Shown: positions 9,798 to 18,019 of the stretch, in pieces
How the letters are laid out: each line of letters begins with the position of its first letter
Numbering within the stretch: the first letter of the stretch is position 1
IMG/VR virus record: IMGVR_UViG_3300019360_000027
Span: 1 to 31,401 of that record
DNA: 31,401 nucleotides
Reading direction: 5' to 3' (one strand)
Source of the DNA: a virus
Lineage: Duplodnaviria > Caudoviricetes
Made by a program: the position numbers and the translations under genes
The notes under the pieces: model-generated
Told to the model about the DNA's origin: nothing
Database searches by the model: none
Seen by the model: the letters and a program-made list of their open reading frames with translations, nothing else

Positions 9798-10365
9798 ACA
9801 TGCCGCGCGCCCCCGCTGCGGCCTCCTCGACACTCATGCCTTGCAGCGAGTAGCTGATGACCGACTGGTCGGTCTGGTCGGTCAAAATCACGCGCCAGAG
9901 CATCACATAGGCGTCACTCTCTGCAGTGAGATCCTCACTCGTGAGCGCATAGAGCTCGCGGGTGTCGGTGACGAGCTCGGCGTCGATGGGAAAGCGCAAG
10001 GTGCGCAAGAGCACGGCCTGCATCTCCGCGGTGATCGCCGCCGTTACCTGCTCTTCCCACGTGGTCAACTCCTGTTTGTACGCAGCCACGCGTGCAGCCA
10101 GGTCCGGATCGTCGGGCAGTTCGCCATGCACGTCGACCGGCGTTTCGCTCCAAACGTCTGGTGCTGTCTCTACGCGCACCGTCGGCACGGCGGGCTTCGT
10201 CGCCTCGTGGGTCTGATGCACGCGGGCGCGCAGGGCGGGGAGGAAGTCGGCGGGTAGGGTGCGATAGGCAATCGTATACCCGGTAGCGGTAAGAAATTCT
10301 CGCCAACCGGGGCGAAGGGACGGCACCGGTAGTGGCGCCGTCCGTCCATTCGTGTGTGTGGTCAT
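9730..10365 (-). CDS. Tail assembly chaperone G
   Basis: 211 aa acidic/helical protein between tail tube and tape measure. Confidence 0.7.
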   Translation of the reverse strand: MTTHTNGRTAPLPVPSLRPGWREFLTATGYTIAYRTLPADFLPALRARVHQTHEATKPAVPTVRVETAPDVWSETPVDVHGELPDDPDLAARVAAYKQELTTWEEQVTAAITAEMQAVLLRTLRFPIDAELVTDTRELYALTSEDLTAESDAYVMLWRVILTDQTDQSVISYSLQGMSVEEAAAGARGMFRRAVEGAFTRIAPRPGGQDSL

Positions 10366-10367
10366 CG

Positions 10368-11873
10368 TTACACCAGGGTTGGGGCACCAGCGATCAGGAT
10401 GCCATCAGTCCCGCTAGTCGCCAGGCCAGCGACCGCAAGATAGTTAGCGGCCACATCGACCGTGCCGGCGGTGGGTGCGGCCAGCCGCCCGGCCTTCTGG
10501 AACGTCGGCCAGTTGGCAATCCGGCTCGTGCCGTCATCACGGGCAAACGAGTTGCCGCCGTCCAGCGTACAGAGCAGCCGAGCCACGCTGGAAAGCTGAT
10601 GCGAGAGCCAGGCGACCTTCTGGCTCACAAAGAGGATGTCGAAGATCGTCCCTGAGCCCGAGCCGGGGAAGTTCACCGTGGTGTAGCTCACCCCGCTGTC
10701 GGTTGTTTTGCGCAGTACACCGGCGTTATCGCCGATCCACCAGGCGTAGGGTCCAACCACGAACAGGCTGGTGAGTGAGCCAGAGCCAGCGTTCGTCCCG
10801 TCGGTCCAGGTCACCCCGTTGTTCGTTGTGTAGATCACCTGGCCATTCGCCCCCACGGCGACGATGGTCTCACCCGTGCCGTGGATGCGGGCGAGGTTGT
10901 CACTCCCGACGGTTGCCAGCAGCGTCGGGGCCGCAGTGATATCGGTCGTGCGGTAGACGCGGCCAGCCGATGCGCTAAACAGGATGTTCGTCGGCGACTG
11001 CACGTACACATCGGTCATAGCGACCGGCAGGGTCACCGTCGACCAGGTGCCGGGCGCACCCGTGAGGATGTTGAGTGTGGTGTAAAACAGCGTGGTGCTG
11101 TTGGTGCCGACGAACAGGATGCCACCGGCAATATCGAGGTAGGCCGGCTCTGCCGACGTGCCGATGCCAGTAATTGATGCGGTGGACCAGGTAGCACCCC
11201 CATCGAGGCTGTAAACCAGCTGGCCAGGAGCACCCGGACTGCCGACGTTCGCCCGCGTAAGCGCGTAGATTGTCTCTGAGCCATCCGCACACGCCGCACA
11301 GTTGAGCGACGAGCCGTAGACCACATCGATCACCTCGACAACGACCTCGGTCGAGGCCTCTTCGCCGAACGAAACCGCCCCGACCGGGAAAATCTGGGCG
11401 GCCTTCCAGGTCGTTCCGTCGGTGAGCGGGTCGTCGCTGTCCATCGCCGTGCGCGCCCCAAGATCGATCGCCCCCTCAAGCTGGGCCGCCTCGTAGATCA
11501 TCACGTAGCCGTCCCAGCCGCGGTAGAAGTCGCTCGGATCAGCACAGCGGCTGTGTAGCTCCCAGAACGTCCAGTCGCACTGGTTCTGGATCAAGTGCCG
11601 GGGGATGCCGTTCCAGGCCTCGTGAAAATCGACTGAGAACTCGTTCAGGTCCGGCGCGGCCCGGGTGCGGCTAACGAGCCGGTAGCGGCCGGGCCGGCGT
11701 GGGTCGGGGACATAGATCGGGTCGATGGTCCCCGCGACGACCTTGCTTCCCCCACTGATGAAGTGGTAGCCGGGGCTGCCATAGAAATAGCGGCTCCCGT
11801 TGCCGAGTTGGTACCAGGTCCGGGTTGACGACTGCTTGACGATTTCGTCAGCCGTGAGGAGTTGTCCAGCCAT
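10368..11873 (-). CDS. Probable major tail (tube) protein fused to an Asp-box/BNR beta-propeller
   Basis: Position before chaperones; AGGAG upstream; Asp-box repeats SLDGGATW, TNNGVTW, TDSGVSY, TLDGGNSF in the C-terminal two-thirds. Confidence 0.65.
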   Translation of the reverse strand: MAGQLLTADEIVKQSSTRTWYQLGNGSRYFYGSPGYHFISGGSKVVAGTIDPIYVPDPRRPGRYRLVSRTRAAPDLNEFSVDFHEAWNGIPRHLIQNQCDWTFWELHSRCADPSDFYRGWDGYVMIYEAAQLEGAIDLGARTAMDSDDPLTDGTTWKAAQIFPVGAVSFGEEASTEVVVEVIDVVYGSSLNCAACADGSETIYALTRANVGSPGAPGQLVYSLDGGATWSTASITGIGTSAEPAYLDIAGGILFVGTNSTTLFYTTLNILTGAPGTWSTVTLPVAMTDVYVQSPTNILFSASAGRVYRTTDITAAPTLLATVGSDNLARIHGTGETIVAVGANGQVIYTTNNGVTWTDGTNAGSGSLTSLFVVGPYAWWIGDNAGVLRKTTDSGVSYTTVNFPGSGSGTIFDILFVSQKVAWLSHQLSSVARLLCTLDGGNSFARDDGTSRIANWPTFQKAGRLAAPTAGTVDVAANYLAVAGLATSGTDGILIAGAPTLV

Positions 11874-11887
11874 GTTGAGTGCTCTCC

Positions 11888-13147
11888 TTATCCTGCGAGG
11901 ATCCCCTCCAGCCGCTGCGCGCGAACGACCTGGTTCCAGGCGTAGACGTGCCCGCGCCGCGTGCCGAAGGGATTAGACATGTTGTTTGGGGCCGCGAACA
12001 GTTCGTTCGTTGCCCCTGTCCGGCTCAGGTCGTATTGCCAGTCGTAGATCGCCTTGTTTGCCCCGTCGCACGAACAGATGGGGCGAGTAAGCTCGGCTGC
12101 GGAGAGACGCGCAACCGCGAGCGTCCAGGCCGGATCCATCGCCCCATCCACGAGTGGGATCCCAGCCTGATAGCGGATCGTGATGCGATCCGGTGGATAA
12201 CAGCGCCAGTCACACGACGCTGACCAGGTGCCGCTAGTCGCGTCATAGACCGCCTGCCCCAGGGCGACGATCCCCGCCCTGGCGTCGCGGATCGTTACCC
12301 GCGCGAGTGCGGTCGCCGTCGCCGCGGGATCGCCCGCTGCCCCGTCGCAACACGACGGGAGCCAGCCAGGAGCTGGACGGGTCTCCCAGATAAGGACGGC
12401 CTGTGCTGTTGTCGTCGTGGTTCCGGTTGGATCAGCCCGACGCCGGGTGACGACGACCTGATCGGCGAACGGGGTTGTCGCCGTAGGTGGAAGGATGGTT
12501 GGATCCAGCGTCGTTGCCGCGAAACCTGATGTGCGGATGGGCCGAACCAGCGTCCAGGCGTCGAAGATAAGTGTTGCCGACGTGCCGCTGATGCTCACAC
12601 GGCGCGGCTGAATGATCGGCGCTGGCAGAACCGGGCCGCAGTCGCTGTCACGAAAGCGCGCGCAGATCTCGGCATCGGTTGTACCATCGGGCACGCTCAC
12701 CCCGGCGGCTGTGGCTGTTTCGTACAGCCCGTCGCCGTCCTCATCCCTGTAGCTGAGCGCAGCCACAACGGGCGTGCTCTCGGTCTCATACCCAACGGCC
12801 TGAATGTATTGGTCGGGGAGCGTGATCGAAACCCAGCGGCCTTGTGGGTCGCTATCCCACAGCCGGAGCAGCCGGTGATCGCCGAGCTGCGGGTACGCAA
12901 TCGTTTCTTCGACAAAACGTGGGCTGGGCCAGAAGCCGCCGTGACGACGGATCTGCTGCTCGGCATGCTCAATCGCCTGCGCGATATCGCGCCGGCTGGC
13001 CCGATCGGCCCGCAGGTAGGGCGCTTCGTAGACCACGGCGTTGCACTGGCTGTTCACGGGGACGAGCGTGGCATGAGCCAGCTGGAAGAAGTGATAGGGG
13101 TGCCAGCCCATCGCATGCGCCCACTGGTTAAGACTGAGACCTGCCAT
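11888..13147 (-). CDS. Virion structural protein, probable head-tail connector/adaptor
   Basis: GAGGG before ATG 13147; IAQAIEHAEQQIRRH N-terminal helix and ITIRYQAG...LAVARL C-terminal pattern typical of adaptors; located before tail tube. Confidence 0.55.
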   Translation of the reverse strand: MAGLSLNQWAHAMGWHPYHFFQLAHATLVPVNSQCNAVVYEAPYLRADRASRRDIAQAIEHAEQQIRRHGGFWPSPRFVEETIAYPQLGDHRLLRLWDSDPQGRWVSITLPDQYIQAVGYETESTPVVAALSYRDEDGDGLYETATAAGVSVPDGTTDAEICARFRDSDCGPVLPAPIIQPRRVSISGTSATLIFDAWTLVRPIRTSGFAATTLDPTILPPTATTPFADQVVVTRRRADPTGTTTTTAQAVLIWETRPAPGWLPSCCDGAAGDPAATATALARVTIRDARAGIVALGQAVYDATSGTWSASCDWRCYPPDRITIRYQAGIPLVDGAMDPAWTLAVARLSAAELTRPICSCDGANKAIYDWQYDLSRTGATNELFAAPNNMSNPFGTRRGHVYAWNQVVRAQRLEGILAG

Positions 13148-13149
13148 CG

Positions 13150-14514
13150 TTAGGCCCTCGTGATATCGCGCCGCACACCGAGTGTGCCGAAGCCGACAGT
13201 GTAGGTGCGCACAGGAGCCGGCGTACGCACCTGCACATCCCAATACAACACCACATCCTGGGTCAGACCACTCGTCGAGGTGGTGAGCGGGGTGATCGTC
13301 GCCAGCCCGCCCACGGCGTTGGTGATCACAATCTCGCCGCCTGTTGTCGACAGCTGGAACACGCCCGGATCGGCGTCGGCCGGCGAATATTTGGCGGTGA
13401 ACCAGATCGTGCAGCCCGTGAGGTTGAAGGCACTGCCGTCGTCATTGGTTACTGCCAGGTTCCAGGTTGGCGTATCACCGCGGGTCATCTGGGTGAGCGT
13501 TGCCGGCATGTCGCATGCCTCCATGAGTGTTGCCCGCGGCGGGGCGGTGAGCAGATCAGCGATGGCCGGGGCCATGGTCACCAGGGCGATGGCCGGGGCG
13601 GTTGAGATTGCGCCATGCGCCGGCGCGGTCGTAAGGGCCGCGACAACCGGCGCTGATGTGATCGTCACGCCACAGGGCGGTGTGACAACCGGCGGGATAA
13701 CGAATGTGCCACCGCGGGTACGGAGCAGCGCCCCCGGACGGCGCTCCTCTCGCCTCCGCACAACGATCGGCGCTCGCCGGTAGGAGTCTGGTACGACCGG
13801 CGCCGCTCGACGCAGCGTCGGGAGCCATACCCGCCCGGCTTGCCGCTGAGCCGCCCCTCGCACCAGGGTGGGTGCAACGGGCCGCTGGAGTGGGGAGGGT
13901 GCTGGGTACGGGAGGCGACCCAGGTACACACGCCCACGGGCTACGGTGGCCCCACTGCGTGTGACCAGGAGGGTCGCCCCCCGTCGTTCGGTGACGATGC
14001 GGGCCGGACGCCCCACCCACACCGTCCCTGGTACGACGATGAGGGCTCGGCGTACCAGCTGCGGCGGGCGCGCCGTGAGTGCCAGATCGCGGGCCGGTTT
14101 GCCGCTATAGACCCGGCCCGGCACAGGTGCAACAACACGCCGGATGAGCAGCGGCGGCCTGACGTGTTCAGCCAGATCGCGGGCCGCGCGCCCGATGTGT
14201 ATCTGCCCTGGCGTCGGCATAATCAGGCGCCGCACCAGGAGCGTGGGCCGCGCGCGGAGTGCGAGGTCGCGCGCCGGTAGCGTACGCGCGATCCAGCCGT
14301 CGCGGCGCCGGTCGTCGCGATGGACAATCAGCGGCGGGGAGCGTCTATCCGTCTGGATATGTACAGGCCGGGGCAGATAGATGCGGCCCCGGTGGGGCAG
14401 ACGAGCAGCCCCAATCACAACGAGTGAGCGCGGCGGGAGTTGCGGTGCAGCGGTGCGCGGGATGCGTCCCTGATAGATACGCCCGTTACGCCAGCCGAAT
14501 ACCACGCCGCTCAT
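13150..14514 (-). CDS. Virion accessory protein: Arg/Pro-rich repeats plus C-terminal BppU-N-like domain
   Basis: About 30-aa repeats starting G(R)(I/V)(Y/W); C-terminal RGDTPTWNLAVTNDDGSAFNLTGCTIWFTAK...YWDVQV resembles the baseplate upper protein N-terminal domain. Confidence 0.6.
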   Translation of the reverse strand: MSGVVFGWRNGRIYQGRIPRTAAPQLPPRSLVVIGAARLPHRGRIYLPRPVHIQTDRRSPPLIVHRDDRRRDGWIARTLPARDLALRARPTLLVRRLIMPTPGQIHIGRAARDLAEHVRPPLLIRRVVAPVPGRVYSGKPARDLALTARPPQLVRRALIVVPGTVWVGRPARIVTERRGATLLVTRSGATVARGRVYLGRLPYPAPSPLQRPVAPTLVRGAAQRQAGRVWLPTLRRAAPVVPDSYRRAPIVVRRREERRPGALLRTRGGTFVIPPVVTPPCGVTITSAPVVAALTTAPAHGAISTAPAIALVTMAPAIADLLTAPPRATLMEACDMPATLTQMTRGDTPTWNLAVTNDDGSAFNLTGCTIWFTAKYSPADADPGVFQLSTTGGEIVITNAVGGLATITPLTTSTSGLTQDVVLYWDVQVRTPAPVRTYTVGFGTLGVRRDITRA

Positions 14515-14517
14515 GGC

Positions 14518-14967
14518 TTACTCATCGCCCTCGAAGCCGGCGATGACATTCACGCCGGCTGGCGCCGTACATTCGATGCCGAGCCGGCCGCCGCCAGGAA
14601 CCACAAACTCTTGCCCGAGCGGGCGAAGCTCCTTGTAGCCGGTTTGCGGATGTACTTCCATCGCGAACAGCACGTCGCCCGCGGTCGGCTCCGCCGTTGC
14701 GGTATGCTGCGCGGTCGTTTGCAGCGTCTCATCGTCAGAGTTGTTCAACTTCACCGGGGTGAGTGAGGACATGGTACCGGCGGTGGTTTGCCGCAACACG
14801 CGCACCACCACTGGCTCAGCCGTCGGACTTACCCCGTCGAAGAAGGCGTAAAACGCCGTGACGAGCACGCGATGGTTGGACGCGGCGACAATCTGCACAA
14901 CCGTTTTCGCCGTGGCCGCGGTCAATGCCACTTCAGCCGTGCGGGCCGAGAAACGCACACCAGACAT
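14518..14967 (-). CDS. Hypothetical beta-rich virion protein (149 aa)
   Basis: AGGAGG RBS; GC-rich third codon positions; operon position. Confidence 0.7.
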   Translation of the reverse strand: MSGVRFSARTAEVALTAATAKTVVQIVAASNHRVLVTAFYAFFDGVSPTAEPVVVRVLRQTTAGTMSSLTPVKLNNSDDETLQTTAQHTATAEPTAGDVLFAMEVHPQTGYKELRPLGQEFVVPGGGRLGIECTAPAGVNVIAGFEGDE

Positions 14968-14976
14968 AGGATCCTC

Positions 14977-15633
14977 CTAGAACAAGGCTGCGAGCGGCAG
15001 TCGCCGCCCGTTTGGGGTAACGATGCCGGGGATACGTCCGGCGGCGGGGGCTGGTGCGAGTGCCAAAAGCCAGGCGCGCACCGCGTTGAACCCAGTCCAT
15101 GTATTCGTGCGGGTCTTACTCCCGCCAGTCGCAAGCGGCCCCTCGTCGCACAAGGTCGCCTTCCGGAACGTGCCGCCGAGATCCTGGCGCTCGGTCATGC
15201 CGGTTGGGGCGGTCGATGTAACACCGTTGTCGTTGCCTGAGCCGAATACGAGCCAGTCATCGGCGTTCGTACTCGATGCAGTCGCACTCCCGTTGTCGTC
15301 AAACGGATTGGACCCGGTGCCAAACGAGCGAATCGGGCTGGTGGTATCCACACCGCGATAGGCGCCGATGCAGACAACCCACTCGCCGCTGCTGGTCTGT
15401 GTCCAACTTGGGTTGCTCTCGCTCGCTCCCGCTGTTTTACGGTAGGCGTACAGCCGGCTCGTCTGCGTAACCGAGGTGATCTCGGTCCAGCCGGACGGTA
15501 CGGCGGTGATCACGGTGTCGCACTGCACGAGTGCGATGAGTTGATCGTCGGCCTGGACACCCGAGGGGATTGTCCCGTTCGGCGTCGACGAATTGCCGTT
15601 CGCGCCCGTCGACTGCACAAACGAGATGGCCAC
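14977..15633 (-). CDS. Hypothetical Ser/Thr/Gly-rich beta-sandwich virion (fibre/decoration-like) protein
   Basis: GAGGGG before GTG; AISFVQST...PSGWT...YRK...YRGVD pattern seen in phage fibre-like domains. Confidence 0.65.
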   Translation of the reverse strand: MAISFVQSTGANGNSSTPNGTIPSGVQADDQLIALVQCDTVITAVPSGWTEITSVTQTSRLYAYRKTAGASESNPSWTQTSSGEWVVCIGAYRGVDTTSPIRSFGTGSNPFDDNGSATASSTNADDWLVFGSGNDNGVTSTAPTGMTERQDLGGTFRKATLCDEGPLATGGSKTRTNTWTGFNAVRAWLLALAPAPAAGRIPGIVTPNGRRLPLAALF

Positions 15634-15634
15634 C

Positions 15635-15925
15635 TCATACCCCTCTCGGCCAGCGGGCCAGCAGCGCGGCAGCCCCGGCGACGGCCAGCCACCAGACCAG
15701 GAGCGGGGACCAGCGATACAGGACGATTACGGCCGGGGCGAGCCAGAACGACAGGCAGATCGGGCATGTGATCCCCTCGCTCGCCCAGTGCTCGCCCCCG
15801 AGGCGCTGGATAACCGCCCCGCGTAGCTGTGCGTAGCAGCCGAACGGCCCGGCCTCCCAGGCCAGATCGGTCGCCACACGGTAGGTGGCTAGCACAAGTA
15901 GCAGCAGCGTTACGCCGTCGGCCAC
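15635..15925 (-). CDS. DUF1360-like small membrane protein
   Basis: LATYRV...CPICLSFW signature with flanking hydrophobic helices. Confidence 0.75.
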   Translation of the reverse strand: MADGVTLLLLVLATYRVATDLAWEAGPFGCYAQLRGAVIQRLGGEHWASEGITCPICLSFWLAPAVIVLYRWSPLLVWWLAVAGAAALLARWPRGV

Positions 15926-16593
15926 TTCAGCGCCCTCCGTTGCTCGAAGATCTGCGTGTCCAGGTCGATCTTCCGGTGGCTGTAGCGGTACACATCGTCG
16001 AGTGGCTTGCCAACGACCGGGTGATCGTGAAAGAGCACGGCCCGGGTATCGACGATGTAGCGGTCCTCTGCCATGGCGCGCTGGCAGAGTTCCACATCAG
16101 CCCACAGGTGATCGTAGTAGGTTGGCCAGCAGGCCGGCCCGTACCAGCGCTCGGCCAGCGCTCGCCCGATAAGCAGGTGTCCGGTGTGCCCGTCGAAGAG
16201 CAACCCGTCGTTCCAGCCGGCGATACCCAGGCCGTCGGGAAAGGCCCGGTCGAACGAGCGCGTGAGACGGGATAGCCACGCCAGCCCGGGCAGCACATCG
16301 TTGGCGATGTTGGCGAGCAGACGCCCGCGGGCGATCCGGCTGCCGTGGGCGAGCGCCTTCCAGTAACCCTGGCGCTCGGGGAGCTCGACAAGCGCGGCCT
16401 GCGGCTTGCCCTGCTGGTGCAGCGCGTCGTTCACCTGGCGAATGGCGACCGCACTGGCGGGATCCTCGTCAACGACACAGATCAGCTCCCAGGCCACTTC
16501 CCCCGCCGTCGCAAACAGGCGCGGGATAAGGCGGGCCGTCTGCTCAGGGCGGCCCTTGCATGGCATCAGGACGCTGACAGTGGGCGTAGTCAC
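15910..16593 (-). CDS. Glycosyltransferase family 2 protein
   Basis: VSVLMPCKGR N-terminus, ELICVVDED, IANDV, WADVELCQRA motifs; GGAG before GTG overlapping upstream stop. Confidence 0.85.
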   Translation of the reverse strand: MTTPTVSVLMPCKGRPEQTARLIPRLFATAGEVAWELICVVDEDPASAVAIRQVNDALHQQGKPQAALVELPERQGYWKALAHGSRIARGRLLANIANDVLPGLAWLSRLTRSFDRAFPDGLGIAGWNDGLLFDGHTGHLLIGRALAERWYGPACWPTYYDHLWADVELCQRAMAEDRYIVDTRAVLFHDHPVVGKPLDDVYRYSHRKIDLDTQIFEQRRALKWPTA

Positions 16594-17753
16594 GCTGCTC
16601 CCTGCTCCTGGCGCGCTCGTGTGCTACGCGCTCGACTTGGGCGTGCAATCCCACTGGCGTCCACCTCCAGCGCATCCTCGTCGCCAGGGGTGTGCTGGGC
16701 CACGACGACACTGGCCTCCATCTCCGGCTGTATGGGCGGCGGCGGCGCTGCGTAGGCCGGCGGCGGCGGTACTTCCCGGAACACGCTCAGCGCCAGCAGA
16801 TCCGGGATGTCATCCGGATTGAGCGTGTGCGAGGTCGAAAGATAACGGGTCGTGGCGTTGTTGCCCACACGATACGACCGTCCGTTCACCCGAAAAGTCT
16901 GCGAGCCAGCCCCAGGGCCGATATATTCCAGTACACGCACGCTGCCGTCTCCTTTCGGCAATGGCGGGATGTGGCCACCAAGGAATGCCGCCTGTGCGAC
17001 CTGCTTGGCCGTCGCCGCCCCGCCTCCACAGCCACAGCTCATACACGTGATCCTTCCGTCTGCCCCGCGATAGCGCACCCGCACGGCCTCCTGCAGCGCG
17101 GCCCCGCCTGCATTGTCGGCGTGGTGCTGTTGGCTCAGATGGATGCGGTAGACAAAGACGGGCTGCTTGACTTCGGCCCCGCAGAAGCCGGCCATGCGCA
17201 GCCTGAGAAAGCCAGACCAATCGTCCCAGGCCGGGACTGCCTCATCAAAGCCGCCGACTTGTCGCCAGCACCAGGTCGGCACCAGCGCGGAAACCGCGTG
17301 CAGGTTGGCCTGGCTGTAATCCCACTCGTCGTAGCGCACCCCGTAGCCGTTGACGATGGGCCGCCCCAGTGCATCGGCGACGGGTTGGCCATCGGGCCGC
17401 GTCCCGTAGTGGTGGCCATAGGTGTAGGCCCGGTCATGCTGGGCTGACGCGGTGAGCAGGACCGAGAGCGCCGACGGGAGCAGATAGTCATCAGCGTCCA
17501 GTTGCAACGTGAACAGCCCCCGTGCGGCCGTAATCCCGTCGTTGCGTGCCCCCGCCGCTCTGCGCCCCCCGCCGGTTTCGATCACGCGCACGCGCGGATC
17601 GGCATAGCGCCCGAGTCGCCGGGGGCGATCGTTGACGACGATCGCCTCCCAACTGGTGAACGTCTGCCACTGGCAGGAGGCGAGTGCCTCACCAACGTAG
17701 CGCTCGTGGCCAGGCCCGCACGGGATAACGATGCTAACAAGCGGTGTATTCAT
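16590..17753 (-). CDS. Glycosyltransferase family 2 protein with C-terminal CGC-motif extension
   Basis: PLVSIVIP, EAIVVND, ARNDGI, LDADD (DxD), VGGFDE, WDDW motifs; ATG 17753 overlaps upstream TGA. Confidence 0.9.
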   Translation of the reverse strand: MNTPLVSIVIPCGPGHERYVGEALASCQWQTFTSWEAIVVNDRPRRLGRYADPRVRVIETGGGRRAAGARNDGITAARGLFTLQLDADDYLLPSALSVLLTASAQHDRAYTYGHHYGTRPDGQPVADALGRPIVNGYGVRYDEWDYSQANLHAVSALVPTWCWRQVGGFDEAVPAWDDWSGFLRLRMAGFCGAEVKQPVFVYRIHLSQQHHADNAGGAALQEAVRVRYRGADGRITCMSCGCGGGAATAKQVAQAAFLGGHIPPLPKGDGSVRVLEYIGPGAGSQTFRVNGRSYRVGNNATTRYLSTSHTLNPDDIPDLLALSVFREVPPPPAYAAPPPPIQPEMEASVVVAQHTPGDEDALEVDASGIARPSRARSTRARQEQGAA

Positions 17754-17959
17754 GTGCCGAGATCGACGAGCAGCCATTCGATGGTAGAGGTCGTTTCCCG
17801 TCCGTCGTGCGCATCAAGCAGTGCGGCGAGTTTGGCGATGAGGATCAGATGCAGATGCCCAGGCGTCCCATGCCCGTAGTGCGCATGGTAGAGCCGGGCG
17901 AAGTTGATCTCCTGCTGCTCACGCGCATCGAGTGTTTCAATCCATCGACGCTGTTCCAC
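17750..17959 (-). CDS. Small His-rich hypothetical protein (69 aa)
   Basis: GGGAGG RBS before GTG 17959; YHAHYGHGTPGHLH; ATGA coupling to the GT2 gene. Confidence 0.7.
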   Translation of the reverse strand: MEQRRWIETLDAREQQEINFARLYHAHYGHGTPGHLHLILIAKLAALLDAHDGRETTSTIEWLLVDLGT

Positions 17960-17981
17960 TGGTTGTTCCTCCCTGGTGGAA

Positions 17982-18015
17982 GCGGGCGAGTACACCCGAT
18001 GCGCACTCGCCCCGC
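17982..18015 (-). terminator. Stem-loop after capsid gene (weak terminator or mRNA-stabilising hairpin)
   Basis: GGGCGAGTGCGC-ATCGG-GTGTACTCGCCC just after the capsid stop; poor U tract. Confidence 0.5.
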
Positions 18016-18019
18016 GTGC

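Noticed and set aside
9730-9833. Canonical -1 slippery heptamer for the tail chaperone
   Set aside because: T lies in the +1 frame and no X XXY YYZ site was seen in the overlap
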